A program made the position numbers and the translations under genes. Shown here one piece after another: positions 37,349 through 49,539 of a stretch of 64,000 nucleotides of DNA (its first letter is position 1; each line of letters begins with the position of its first letter). Origin of the DNA: Octopus sinensis (lineage: Eukaryota); assembly GCF_006345805.1 (NCBI RefSeq), contig NC_042997.1, positions 184,884,001 through 184,948,000 on the forward strand, given 5' to 3'. The notes under the pieces were generated by a model. It was not told where the DNA came from, ran no database searches, and was given only the letters and a program-made list of their open reading frames with translations.

Positions 37349-37996
37349 TATAACTGAGCATAACAACAAACTTTAGCAATATCTATCTATCTGACTGTCT
37401 GTATGCCTGTCTACCTGTCTACCTGTCTGTCTGTCTATCTACTTATCTATCTATCTATATACATACACATATGTATGTAAGTATTTATACACATGCGCGC
37501 ACAAATACATACATATATACATATATCTATGTGAGTGGGTGTGTGGGTGTGCTGTGTGATATAACTTGGAAATAGACTAACAAATATTCTAAGAAAGCAA
37601 TTTAACTCGCATCTATCTAATACAATAAACATAAAAGAATATAAATAAATCATAACATTCTCGGTCATAAGAAAAGATTAGTTATGCAAAAGCTTCTGAG
37701 GCCATTTCAGAAAAGACACTTCTTATCAATGGATTATTTTAAGCTGTTTTATATGCTAGTTGATGAAAGAAACTTTATAAAAGCGATATTTCTCTTTTAT
37801 AAGATAAATCAAGAAATACAGCGATTATACATTTAGTAATTCCTATGAATTTTCAGAAATTTCCTCTTATGAATCGTTATTTTTTTTTACTGAACGAAGC
37901 ACATATCTCATTCGGCTAAAGAGGCGAATTTCAACTGGACGCGTCATGTCATGAATACTGCAATACAGGAGCAAATGTATGAAACGGGAGAGGGCG

Positions 37997-38397
37997 AAAC
38001 ACTCTTTTACTCTTTTATTTGTTTCAGTCATTTGACTGTGGTCATGCTGGAGCACCGCCTTTAGTCGAGTAAATCGACCCCAGGACTTATTCTTTGTAAG
38101 CCTAGTACTTATTCTATCGGTATCTATTGCCGAACCACTAAGTTACGGGGACGTAAGCACACTAGCATCAGTTGTCAAAACACTCTTTTACTCTTTTATT
38201 TATTTCAGTCATTTGACTGTGGCCATGCTGGAGCACCGCCTTTAGTCGAGTAAATCGACCCCAGGACTTATTCTTTGTAAGTCTAGTACTTATTCTATCG
38301 GTACCTATTGCCGAACCACTAAGTTACGGGGACGTAAGCACACTAGCATCGGTTGTCAATCGATGTTGGGGGAACAATCACAGACACACAAACGTAT

Positions 38398-38452
<55 letters not shown>

Positions 38453-38783
38453 CGATGGGCTTCCTTCAGTTTCCGTCTACCAAATCCACTCACAAGGCTT
38501 TGGTCGGACCAAGGCTATAGTAGAAGACACTTGCCCAAGTGCTACGCAGTGGGACTGAACCTGGAACCAGTGGTTCGTAAGCAAGGTACTATATATATAT
38601 GTACATACACACCGGCTTTAGTCGAGCAAATTGACCCCAGGACTTATCCTTTGTAAACCTAGTACTTATTCTATCGGTCTCTTTTGCCGAACCGCTAAGT
38701 TACGGTAACGTAAACACACCAGCATCGGTTGTCAAGCGATGTTGGTGGGGACAAACACAGACATACACAACCACTCCTACGCC
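37997..38783 (-). mobile_element. Cluster of three SINE family A pieces, including a 180-bp tandem duplication
   Basis: 37997-38176 duplicates the start of 38177-38587; a third, internally deleted copy lies at 38611-38783. Confidence 0.85.
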
Positions 38784-39324
38784 TTTTAAGTTTGTTCTAA
38801 AATCATATAGTTAATCAGGTGTTGTAAGAAGAAATTTTATGTATGCTTCCGGATATAACAGATCGACGAATCCAATGTCCAGTTTATATTTCTGTTGCTA
38901 AAATCGGTGAATAAAACGTGATCGTGATCGTTTCTATGAATAATGAATATTCGCCAACAGTTGTTAATCGCAGAGTATATGGAGTAATATACATTAAGAG
39001 TAATGGCAAGAAATTAAACACTGAATCCTGTTGGTTTGCCGAGGAGTAAAAGCCATTGTATGTGAACTAGACGACATAAATGAGGTTACAGAGCACTGTA
39101 GGTATTTCCATTTGTAATCTAGTCGTGGTCAATCTTTTGTAGTTACGTACTCATGAACTATCATCAACGATTGTGAAGTCACGTAACTGTAAAGCTTACG
39201 AAAAAATTTAAATGCTTATTGTTCATAATTAAAGGAGATTTCCATTGAGAAACTAAACATAACCTTCTATTGTCATATTAAGGTGAGATACGCAAATATT
39301 AAATTATTGGGTCACCGGTATGAT

Positions 39325-39744
39325 TACTCTCTCTTTCACTCTTTTACTTATTTCAGTCATTTGACTGTGGCCATGCTGGAGCATCGCCTTTAGTCGAGCA
39401 AATCGACCCCAGAACTTATCTTTTGTAAGCCTAGTACTTATTCTATCGGTCTCTTTTGCCGAACCGCTAAGTTACGGTAACGTAAACACACCAGCATCGG
39501 TTTTCAATCGATGTTGGGGCGGGGGGACAAACACAGACACACAAACATATACACACACACATACATTTATATATACATATATACGATGGGCCTCTTTCAG
39601 CTTCCGTCTACCAAATCCACTCACAAGGCTTTGGTCGACCCGAGGCTATAGTAGAAGACACTTGCCCAAGGTGCCACGCAGTGGGACTGAACCTGAAACC
39701 ATGTGGTGGTAAACAAGCTACTTACCAAACAGCCACTCCTACGC
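39325..39744 (-). mobile_element. SINE family A
   Basis: Full-length homology. Confidence 0.9.
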
Positions 39745-41156
39745 TTATATACGTGCTATGAAGACAAAACTATTGTGGTTATTTCCAGCTACATTAGTTT
39801 GGTTATATAACCTTATTATTATAATATCATATTAAAGCAGAAATTATTTTTCTGTAGAAGGGAATGTATACCCACTCTCCAGTTGATACGCAAAATTTTT
39901 AAGCACCGCTATAGTATATATGTGTAAATGTTATTTAGAAAATTTAGTTATGCACAACACAAACGAGGAACATGGTTATCAGCAACTCATCGGTGTAGGT
40001 CATACTGTATAATCTAAATCTCATTAAGTCTGTCGTGAACTGCTGCGCCATCTTCATTGAGATTAGTCTCATTACAATCGCCACGACACAACGGCTATAG
40101 CTTCCGTCACATCTCCACCCTAATAATGTAATAGTGACTTAATATTAGAAGGCTTTTCTATAGCTCCCCCAATTTGTTTGTTCAGGAAAAAGGGGCCATT
40201 AGAATGAAATATGTTACCATTAGCTGCAGTAGAAAGGAGATTAAAAAAATGAATATCTGATAACAGGGAAGAGGGACAGAAATCGAAATAAGTAGATGAA
40301 AAATAGTGAGAGTATGGCGAGGGTGACGGATGGAGTAGGGGAGGAAAAAGGGACAGAGAGAGGGAAAACAAGAATGGTTGTTGAGTCATCTAGGAAAGAA
40401 GAGGAAGAAGGAAAGGAAGCAAATAGAGTAAAAGACCATTTCAAACCCCAGAAGTGAGTAAAGGATCTTGATAGTGATAAATCTCATTGTAATGTGACTG
40501 GATTAGTTATGGGGACAATCGGTCTGAATTCAGTCTCGACAAGCAAACCTTTCAATCCTCAAATATCGAAGGTTAATGTGAATCTTGAACCCTTTAAATA
40601 ACAAGGAAGGAATGTAGAATTATAAAATGATAAATAACGGAAAAGAGAAACAATCCTACGAAAAAAAAAAAAAAGGATTTAATATTTTCAATACTTTGCA
40701 AAGCTACTTGCGATGGGTAAATATTGTCATTTTATCTCTAGATCTCTTTATAGTTAAGCTATTTCATTAATGTGGACAGAATATTTCTGAACCATCTCAG
40801 AATATGAGATACGCGCTTAGCGTGCCCCGCGGGATCGTTTCTAACACAGTCGTTTCCCTTAAATGATGTTGCATTCATGAAATGAACGACTACCACACAA
40901 CCTAAATTTCATCCCACTTCGAAATCTGTTATTACCCAGAATTAAGAAATCTATATGTACAAAGTGTAACCTATAATCCACAGTGTGTTCAATCGAAAGG
41001 TGTTTTCCTATTAATGTTAAAATAGAATGATGTACAGTGGATTAGTAGAACTGGTAAATCATCTGATTTTTTTTGAGTCCTATGTTTAAATCCTGCCGAA
41101 AACGACGTTACGTTACATCATTCCGGGGTCTATCAAATAACTGCCAGAGAAATATT

Positions 41157-41374
41157 CTTTTCTATTCTAGGCACAAGGCCCGAAACTTGGGGTGGGGAGG
41201 AGGCGAGTCGATTAGATCGAACCCAGTACGTAACTGGTACTTAATTAATCGACTCCTGAAAGGATGAAAGGCAAAGTCGACCTGGGCGGAATTTGAACTC
41301 AGAATGTAACGACAGACGAAATACCGCTAAGTATTTCGCCCGGCGTGCTAACGATTCTGCCACCTCGCCGCCTT
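41157..41374 (-). mobile_element. SINE family C with 16-bp TSD
   Basis: TSD CTGCCAGAGAAATATT at 41141-41156 and 41375-41390; homologous to 3867-4097. Confidence 0.9.
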
Positions 41375-41749
41375 CTGCCAGAGAAATATTGCGATGGGTG
41401 CTTGGCCTTGAAACTATGTTTAGACTAATAGCATTGTCTTAGTTACTAGAATTTCTGACTTACTACTAATAATAACTGGCCAAAACAGGAGACACCACCG
41501 ATAGACGTATGGTGAAACTTCACAAAATCAGCATCACCCTACTCACTAGGACAAGTGCCTTCTTCCTATCTTTCATTTTCAATCTACAGGCGCATAATTA
41601 GAGCAAACTCGTCCACTCAAACCATCTTTTCCACTCTCATTCAACATTTAACTATTTTGCTATATGTACAATCTATCATCTAAACATATTTTTGAATGTT
41701 ACCTGTGTACTTAGCATTTACTCCGACTGTTTTCGCAAATGTGACGACA

Positions 41750-42110
41750 AGCCAAGTTGGTGCCGACATCTCTAGTGTTTTTGCGACCCGTGCACTGTAA
41801 TGCAAGATTGTGGAAAGTCTTGTAGCATGCTCGTTCTACCTGTTCCTAATCTTAATTTTTCAGTCTCGCAGGTCAAACACATGTTCCTCATTGATATGCC
41901 CCGCCCGGTGTTTACATACTGTCATATTTCAACCAGGGCTTCTTTTTACTTTTCTTCTGAGAACATATGGGAGATTCTTTCCTCTTGCTATCGCCTTGAT
42001 AATGTTTATCCGCTGAGAAGCAACACTGTTTTTTGTAACGTATATCACCCAAAACTTGTTTACCTCCAACTAGCACAAATCGAATCATTCATTCTGAATA
42101 AAGACGTTAA
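41750..42110 (-). pseudogene. Degraded RTE-like LINE C-terminus
   Basis: Minus strand gives ...RCRHQLGLSSHLRK, resembling the RTE C-terminal CxSRIGLxSHxR motif; upstream fragments are weakly colinear. Confidence 0.45.
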
Positions 42111-42654
42111 GAAGTGATAGCATTTGTTAAATTGTTGGTATCGTTTTAGCTGCTGTTTGTATCTCTTATTTTTTAGTTTAGATTTTGTCAAATTTATGTT
42201 TCACGCTCTGTTATGTTTGTGTCTTTTATTGTGCAAAATGTAAGTGTTTAAGCTCGGAACTACTTTATGTTTTATATTAATTTATTTGATTTTTTTAGCT
42301 TTTGAAAACAATTTTGAGACGCGTTCGTTTACTTCAATGTCTGACGCTTTCAATTCTTTTTATTCATCGTTCTGAAATCTAGAGAAATTATAATAATTGA
42401 TTATTACTCTATGGCTTATTTCCAAACAGAAGTCAAGATTCCCAGGAAAGCTATGTGTAGATAAATGCCGAAATGTTTTTCTTCCTTCTCGTTCATACCA
42501 ATCAGTCTTCGCTCTCCAATTATTTAGGCGAACATTGGCTCAATTGCCGAAGTCCCATCAGTCCGTGCCCCAGCATTTCAAACGTATATCAGAATTTTGA
42601 TCACTAGTCTGTACTTACGTTATTTTTCTTTACGTTGTGTACCTATATAAAGGT

Positions 42655-42946
42655 GGAGGCACATGGCCTAGTGGTTAGAGCAGCGGACTCGCGGTCGAGG
42701 GATCATGGGTTCGAATCTCAGACCGGGCGTTTATGAGCGAAACGCCTCAACTCCACGCGGCTCGGCAGAAGGTAATGTCGAACTTCTGCTGACTCTTTCG
42801 CCACAACTTTCTCTCACTCTTTCTTCCTGCATCTTGCAGCTCACCTGCGACGGATCGGCTTCCCGTCCAGGTGGGGAACTTATACGCCAAGCAAACCGGA
42901 AGACCGGCCCCTATGAGACAAGCATGGCTCGTGAAGGAACAAACAA
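42655..42946 (+). mobile_element. SINE family B variant
   Basis: A box TGGCCTAGTGG, B box GGTTCGAATCT; body shared with 61864-62239 and 16930-17163. Confidence 0.85.
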
Positions 42947-43077
42947 GCCTATATAAAAAGGCCAAGAATGCACTGAAAAAGATGAAAAAAAACTGTGCTT
43001 ATTACCTGCAAATCACTCATTCACTTCACCATTTTCGATGTTGCCAAATGCTGAGGAAAACTTCATTCTTGCCATTA

Positions 43078-43595
43078 TATAGAGAAAACTATATCCCTTT
43101 AGTTTAGGAGAAATATTAAACTTTCTACTTATAGAGAAAACTATATCCCTTTAGTTTAGGAGAAATATTAAACTTTCTACTTATAGAGAAAACTATATCC
43201 CTTTAGTTTAGGTGAAATATTAAACTTTCTACTTATAGAGAAAACTATATCCCTTTAGTTTAGGTGAAATATTAAACTTTCTACTTATAGAGAAAACTAT
43301 ATCCCTTTAGTTTAGGTGAAATATTAAACTTTCTACTTATAGAAAACTATATCCCTTTAGTTTAGGTGAAATATTAAACTTTCTACTTATAGAGAAAACT
43401 ATATCCCTTTAGTTTAGGTGAAATATTAAACTTTCTACTTATAGAGAAAACTATATCCCTTTAGTTTAGGTGAAATATTAAACTTTCTACTTATAGAGAA
43501 AACTATATCCCTTTAGTTTAGGTGAAATATTAAACTTTCTACTTATAGAGAAAACTATATCCCTTTAGTTTAGATGAAATATTAAACTTTCTACT
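43078..43595. repeat. 52-bp minisatellite, 10 copies
   Basis: Unit TATAGAGAAAACTATATCCCTTTAGTTTAGGTGAAATATTAAACTTTCTACT; one unit is 2 bp shorter. Confidence 0.95.
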
Positions 43596-44544
43596 CATAG
43601 ATCGGGAGTTAGAGAACAGGAAACTTAATCTACACGTAGCCCATTTTACATAGCTCCGTATAATTGATGCCGAGCTTTCTCCTGGCAAATTTATCCATGA
43701 TGGATTATTTCTAACTCGTTCCACACTAAGGAACCCGAAGATGAAAACATAAAACTTGTTCATAAAAATCTGTGATTTGTTAATGGTTTGAGAAATTAAT
43801 ATCGCCGTTAAGAGATACTACGAGATAATTTCATTCTCTTAAATTTCGTGATTATAAAAGTATTTCTGCTGCTTTAGTAAATAATTGCTACAAATTTGAG
43901 GAGTTTCTCAAAATATCTCCAAAGTTTAAAAAAAAATATACATTTGTGATAAATCAAAGAATCACTTTAAACACTTGTGGAAACATTTCCGAACTGTTGG
44001 GAAGAAAAAAAAATGAGCACCCTAAAAAGAAATACATGAAAATAAGGTTGCAAGACAACCCCGCCCACCAAGGAAAAATCAGAACTTCCGTACATGGTGT
44101 CAGAGAGAAAGAGACAGAAGGACAGAAAGAGACAGAAGGAGAGAAAGAGACAGGAAGAGAGAGCGATAGACGATGGCAGGAGAGAAACATAGAGAGAGGG
44201 AAAGAGAGAGAAAGAAACAAAGAAAGAGTGACTGAGAGTTAAAGGAGGAGAGTTGAAGAGAAAAGAGAAAGAAAGGGAGAGAAAGGAGGAGAGAGAGAAA
44301 GAAAGAAAGAAAGAAAGAACGAAAGGGAAAGAAAGAGAGATAGAGATGCAGAAAGCGAGGGAGAGACAGAGAGAGAGGATACTCACGGTAATAACCGAAA
44401 CATGAATATGTATAGATGTGTGTGTGTGTCCGTTTATTTTTGCTTCCGTATTTTGACAGAGAAATGTAACGTTTGATGAGTGTGTGTTCTTTTAGTGAGG
44501 GAAAGAGATAGAGAGAGAGAAAGAGAAATAAAGAGAGAAGGAAG

Positions 44545-44577
<33 letters not shown>

Positions 44578-44844
44578 AAGAAACGGAAAAGGGAAGAGAG
44601 GGAAAATGGACAGATAGAGAAGAAAGAAAATCATAGAGATGGTGTCCGGGTTTAGTTTCACTTTGCGGGACAAAGGGACGGAATCTCTTTGAAGTAGCAT
44701 GGCAGAGAGACAGATAGGCAGACATACAGAGAATATAGATTGGGAGAGAGGATAGAGGATAGAGGAGACATAGAAAGAATGTCATAGAGAGGTGGTATCT
44801 GGTTTTAGTTTCAGTTTGTGAGACAAACAGACAAACAGACAGAG

Positions 44845-45291
44845 CTGTACATCATTTGTACGATGTGGAGAATATACCGCCAACATTGCCTAAACGACTT
44901 GAACATTAGTTTTAAGGTTCATCCAAGACTGGGACCACCGGCCATACGTCCCCTGCCCAATTCAAGATCACAGCATATAGGTACACTGCAACATAAATTC
45001 TTTTCCTCAACTGGTCCTGCCCTGATTAACATTGTGCCGAAAGAGATCAAGGAGGAAAAGGATCCCATCATCTTTAAACGGAGTCTGGACAGATTTCTTC
45101 AAGGAATACCGGATAAGCCACCCATACCTGGATACAACTCACTCAGCAAGAACTCACTACTTGAATGGACCATAAACAAAACTTAAAAAGGATTAAACAG
45201 GATTTAGATAATCCTATCAGGTGGTGTTATTAAGTAAGACATGGCCTGCAACAATCTTTGGTCGAAACATATCTAAGTTTATCTAAATTTA
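44845..45291 (+). mobile_element. CR1-type LINE 3' fragment
   Basis: LYIICTMWRIYRQHCLND..FKVHPRLGP..FKRSLDRFLQGIPDKPP (stop at 45186) aligns to 33686-34436; ATCTAA(G/A)TTT tail repeats. Confidence 0.85.
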
Positions 45292-45674
45292 TCTCTCTCT
45301 ATATAAACGGCAGTTTGTCTGTGTGTGTTTCTGTGTGTCTGTTTGCTTGTACCCTCACCCTGACCACGGCTTTCAACCGATTGTGATGAAACTTGACACA
45401 CACATAGCCCAATGTCATAATTCAAAACTAACGCAGCGAAAATTTTGAAAAGTTCCCCCAGTTCTGAACAAAATCGATAAATTCGACATGGGGTCGAGAA
45501 TCAGAAACACAAACCACAAACTGTCTAGGGGACGCAACTCCACCTTTTTTGATTAAAAAAAACAATTTACCATCATTTTTTTCCATTTTTTGCTATTTTT
45601 TGGCTATAACTCTCTAAAAATGCTTTATAGTTATTTCCCTTACAAACCTGAGCAACGCCGGGCGATACTGCTAG
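45292..45674 (+). mobile_element. Non-autonomous Helitron-like element
   Basis: A^TCTCTCTCTATATAAACG start; end GAGCAACGCCGGGCGATACTGCTAG^T identical to the end of 378-767. Confidence 0.75.
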
Positions 45675-46057
45675 TATATATATATATATATATATCCAAG
45701 TTAATGCAGCATATACTTATAACTCGAGACGGAGAAAGCGGAACTTTTGACACTTAGTAGTAGCGCCCAATTTTATGATTTTCAATGCTTTCGGTGCTAA
45801 GGTTTCGTTGCATTCTTTTCAAGACCTTTCAGGCATTAGTTACTTTAATTTAAATCGAATGGCGCAAATATTTGTATTCACGTCAGATAGAAGTGAACCT
45901 TATTCTCTATTATGTTAATAACGTTTACCTTGAAGTTTAATGAACGAATTACTGAACTTATAGGAATATTGATATTACCCAAAAGAATATTAACTAGGTT
46001 AAATATTGATTTACTTTGTAAATATGCTCAAAACTTTAGATTCATAACAGAAAAGAA

Positions 46058-46454
46058 GGATCTTTTCGGTTTGAACGGCAGTTTTTTCTAGCGGTGTCAT
46101 ATGAAATTGTCACCCATAATTGCATTTCAATCTGTTTTAGGGTTAGGGTTAGGGTTAGGGGTGGGGGGAAGGGTATCTTTTTTTCTTCAGAAATTTAAAT
46201 AAACCCAATCTGTTTCTTAAACGAGGGACATATTCATACGGCACAGAATGTTTTTACCTCAATAGACGTATTCGATTGGTTATAATTACAGAAATTGAAG
46301 AAAAACAACAAATATCTTACAAACTATAGAATTTTCTCAATAAAGCCAAGAGAAAAAGATGTTTTATAAACACATTCTACCAGTATACGAAGTTTAAATT
46401 TTTTTAGTTACCTAGAAATTATGTTAAAAACTGCCGTTCAAACCGAAAAGATCC
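46058..46454. mobile_element. MITE with perfect 29-bp TIRs, 8-bp TSD and internal (TTAGGG)4
   Basis: TIR GGATCTTTTCGGTTTGAACGGCAGTTTTT; TSD GAAAAGAA at 46050-46057 and 46455-46462; TTAGGG x4 at 46137-46160. Confidence 0.9.
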
Positions 46455-47402
46455 GAAAAGAAATTGTATGTTTTCACTTATCCTTAGAGCAGTAGTTTTG
46501 GAAGTGAAAGGAAATGACTTCAACCAGGAAGCTAAACCACACCACACCACAAATTCGACTTGCAATTAGACTCTCTATTTTTCTAAGTCAGATGACACGA
46601 CTGTGGTGTATGTGTTCTTTATAGGTTATATAAAAATATTAACGTACAAAAGATAAAACTGTAAATTTATATTCTGATTATTTAAAAAATTCTTGCAAAT
46701 AAAAGGTTTCCTTCAATACAAGTTAGCCATAGTAAATAGCATGCATAATTAAAATTAGTCCCATAAAAGGAGAGAAAATTAACTGCTAAAGTTTTTCAGC
46801 ATCATATCATTTAAACCAATCATGAATGCTAGAAAATTTTAAAATGATGTTGATGCGCATTATTACCCTGGACATCTAATTCTTAGGTTGTTTTTCGATT
46901 ATAAATGTCTCATTATATATAAGCTATATATTTATGATTATTAATAACGTCTGCGCAATACTGGAAACATAGCTAGCTTTCAATAAATTAATGTCTTTTT
47001 GTATTATTCACTAATGGTTTCTATAAATGTCTACAGTTAGAGCTGGTTTCTTTTGTTAATTATATTAGTTTTCTTTGGTGAATTTCTATAGATGTTATTA
47101 TCAAATCTACTTTGCCTTCTTCATGAAATGTGATTATAAAATGTAATTATCTTTTATAGACTAAAACATATGATAAATATTTACTGGTAACAGAAAATTT
47201 TCAGATAATATTTTTGTGAGTTGCATGGTCTGTTCTGCGTAGAAACAGTTCAAGGAATATGGTAGGTTCAAATGTACTAAATTATTAAGCGATTCATCAC
47301 GTTTTCCTGTTATACTTAACGCATCTGTATTTAAGGTAAAAACGCAGGTAAAAATGCAGCTTGATTGTGTTTCTTGTTCTTCTATATTATTACAAAACAA
47401 TA

Positions 47403-47710
47403 TCACGCGATCACGTGACCGACCAGGCTATCAGATGTTGCTACACATCGCTGGTCACAACGCGCTTCGCATTGTTTTAGTCTTCGAATTATGCCACCCC
47501 ACTGACTAAGCGAGCAGGCCAACAGAAGAAAGAGTGAGAGAAGGTTGTGGCGAAAGGGAACAGCAGGGATCGCACCACCCCCTGCCGGAGAATCGTGGAG
47601 CTTTTAGGTATTTTCGCTCAATAAACCCTTACAACGCCCGGTCTGGAAATCCAAACCGCGATCCTACGACTGCGAGTCCGCTACCCCAACCACTGGGTCA
47701 TTGTGCCTCC
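47403..47710 (-). mobile_element. SINE family B variant
   Basis: Homologous to 33042-33319. Confidence 0.85.
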
Positions 47711-47970
47711 ACACAAAGCAATATATGTATGTATATATGTATGTGTGTGTATGTAAGTTACCTCCCATGATCTGTGTATTCATTTCGAACACTCTTTCAG
47801 TGTCGTATTTTTCTTGTATTCTCATCCAGAATTGAAGCGAGTGCCAACGCTACCATGTGGAACACTTGATCGAATGTGAAGATCTCATTAATTGCCTTAT
47901 TAATCCACAAATAATGAATATTCATCCACCAAAACGGTATTTACACACACACATACATGCATATATATAT

Positions 47971-48177
47971 ATCAAAATAAGCAAAAAGAATATCCAATGT
48001 AGTGTAGTACAATCGTTTCATGCTACTTCATTTTATTAAACAATGTAAGTATTACATCAGTTTTAAAATGTAGAGCAATCTTTAAAACTGATCTAATACT
48101 TACATTGTTTAATAAAATAAAGTAGCATGAAACGATTGTACTACACTACCTTGGATATCCTTGTTGCTTATTTTGAT
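47971..48177. repeat. Long imperfect palindrome (~97-bp arms)
   Basis: ATCAAAATAAGC...CAGTTTTAAA / TTTAAAACTG...GCTTATTTTGAT. Confidence 0.9.
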
Positions 48178-48639
48178 TATAATCACCCCATTTGATTTAT
48201 ATGGATAATGCCATACCAAATTCTGGTGCCTTTAACTTAAGTACCATATTCATCTGAATCTAAATTTTGCTGAACTATATATATATATACATATATATCG
48301 ATGTTCATTATGTTTTCTGGAAAAGCTATATCTCTTAAAGAAATCGGCAGCATTTTAAGAAATACATCTTATCGTAATTCTAAAAATGGGCCACTGGAAG
48401 CATCGTAAACCATTAATATCTTGTTTACTTCTTTTTGATATTTTCTTTATTGCAACGTTGGTTAGCTCCCTGGTGTTTTCATTTCCGTCTTCTTCCTTAT
48501 GAGCGTTCCTTGGTCAAACATCATCTACTTGAAACGCAAATGACAAACGGTATTGTTCTGAGCTTGAAAAATGGCGAAATAGATTAATGGAAAACCTGCG
48601 TAGCTGTATTTCACAAGAATTGTGGTTTTCATTACATTA

Positions 48640-49040
48640 TACTCTTTACTCTTTACTCTTTTACTTCTTTCAGTCATTTGACTGTGGAGCACCGCCATTA
48701 GTTGAGCAAATTGACCCCATGACTTATTCTTTGTGAGCCTAGTACTTATTCTTTTTGCCGAACCACTAAGTTACGGAGACGTAAACACACCAGCGTTGGT
48801 TGTCAAGCGATGTTGGGGGACAAACACAGACACACAAACATATACACACACACATACATATATATATACATATATACGACGGGATTCTTTCGGTTTCCGT
48901 CTACCAAATCCACTCGCAAGGCTTTGATCGGCCCGAGGCTATAGTAAAAGACACTTGCCCAAGGTACCACGCAGTGGGATTGAACCCCTGAACCATGTGC
49001 TTGGTAAGCAAGCTACTTACCACAGAGCCACTCCTACGCC
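48640..49040 (-). mobile_element. SINE family A
   Basis: Homology. Confidence 0.9.
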
Positions 49041-49483
49041 TATCACTACTATCTTAGCTGATTGAGTGCTATTCTACTTGAAGCTTTACCAAATTATGGG
49101 AATTACAAACGTGCAAATTTTCTAAGCCTAATCACGTGATTATCTTCTGCCAATCAAATTGTATCTTAAATAGATGCTAATTTGGTGCATGTTCTCTCCA
49201 TAAAAACAAGAGAATTTTCGAATTCCACTCAGAGGCAAGAAGGTTGTGGCATAACCCCTCGTCTTTCTATCCCACTTAACTTTTTAAAATCAGAAAAAGT
49301 AACTAAAAGTCACCCAGTGCAGTTTCAACATTTTATACTATATACTTATTTTACTTATGTTTTATTTGTCAGATCAAATTTTCTCAAAGGAAATGAATTG
49401 ACTAAGCATATGGTTGATTTGAAACCATTTAATGGCCATTAAAATACCCGTGTAAAATAAAACAACTTTCTACATCCCCAGCC

Positions 49484-49539
<56 letters not shown>

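Noticed and set aside
42655-42730. tRNA genes at tRNA-like heads (also 17444, 61864, 16930)
   Set aside because: They have A/B boxes but no complete cloverleaf or acceptor stem, and run into SINE bodies.
43078-43595. CRISPR-like array
   Set aside because: Contiguous tandem units with no unique spacers, eukaryotic context and no cas genes.
46137-46160. Telomere or chromosome-fusion scar
   Set aside because: Only four repeats, lying inside a TIR/TSD-bounded element.
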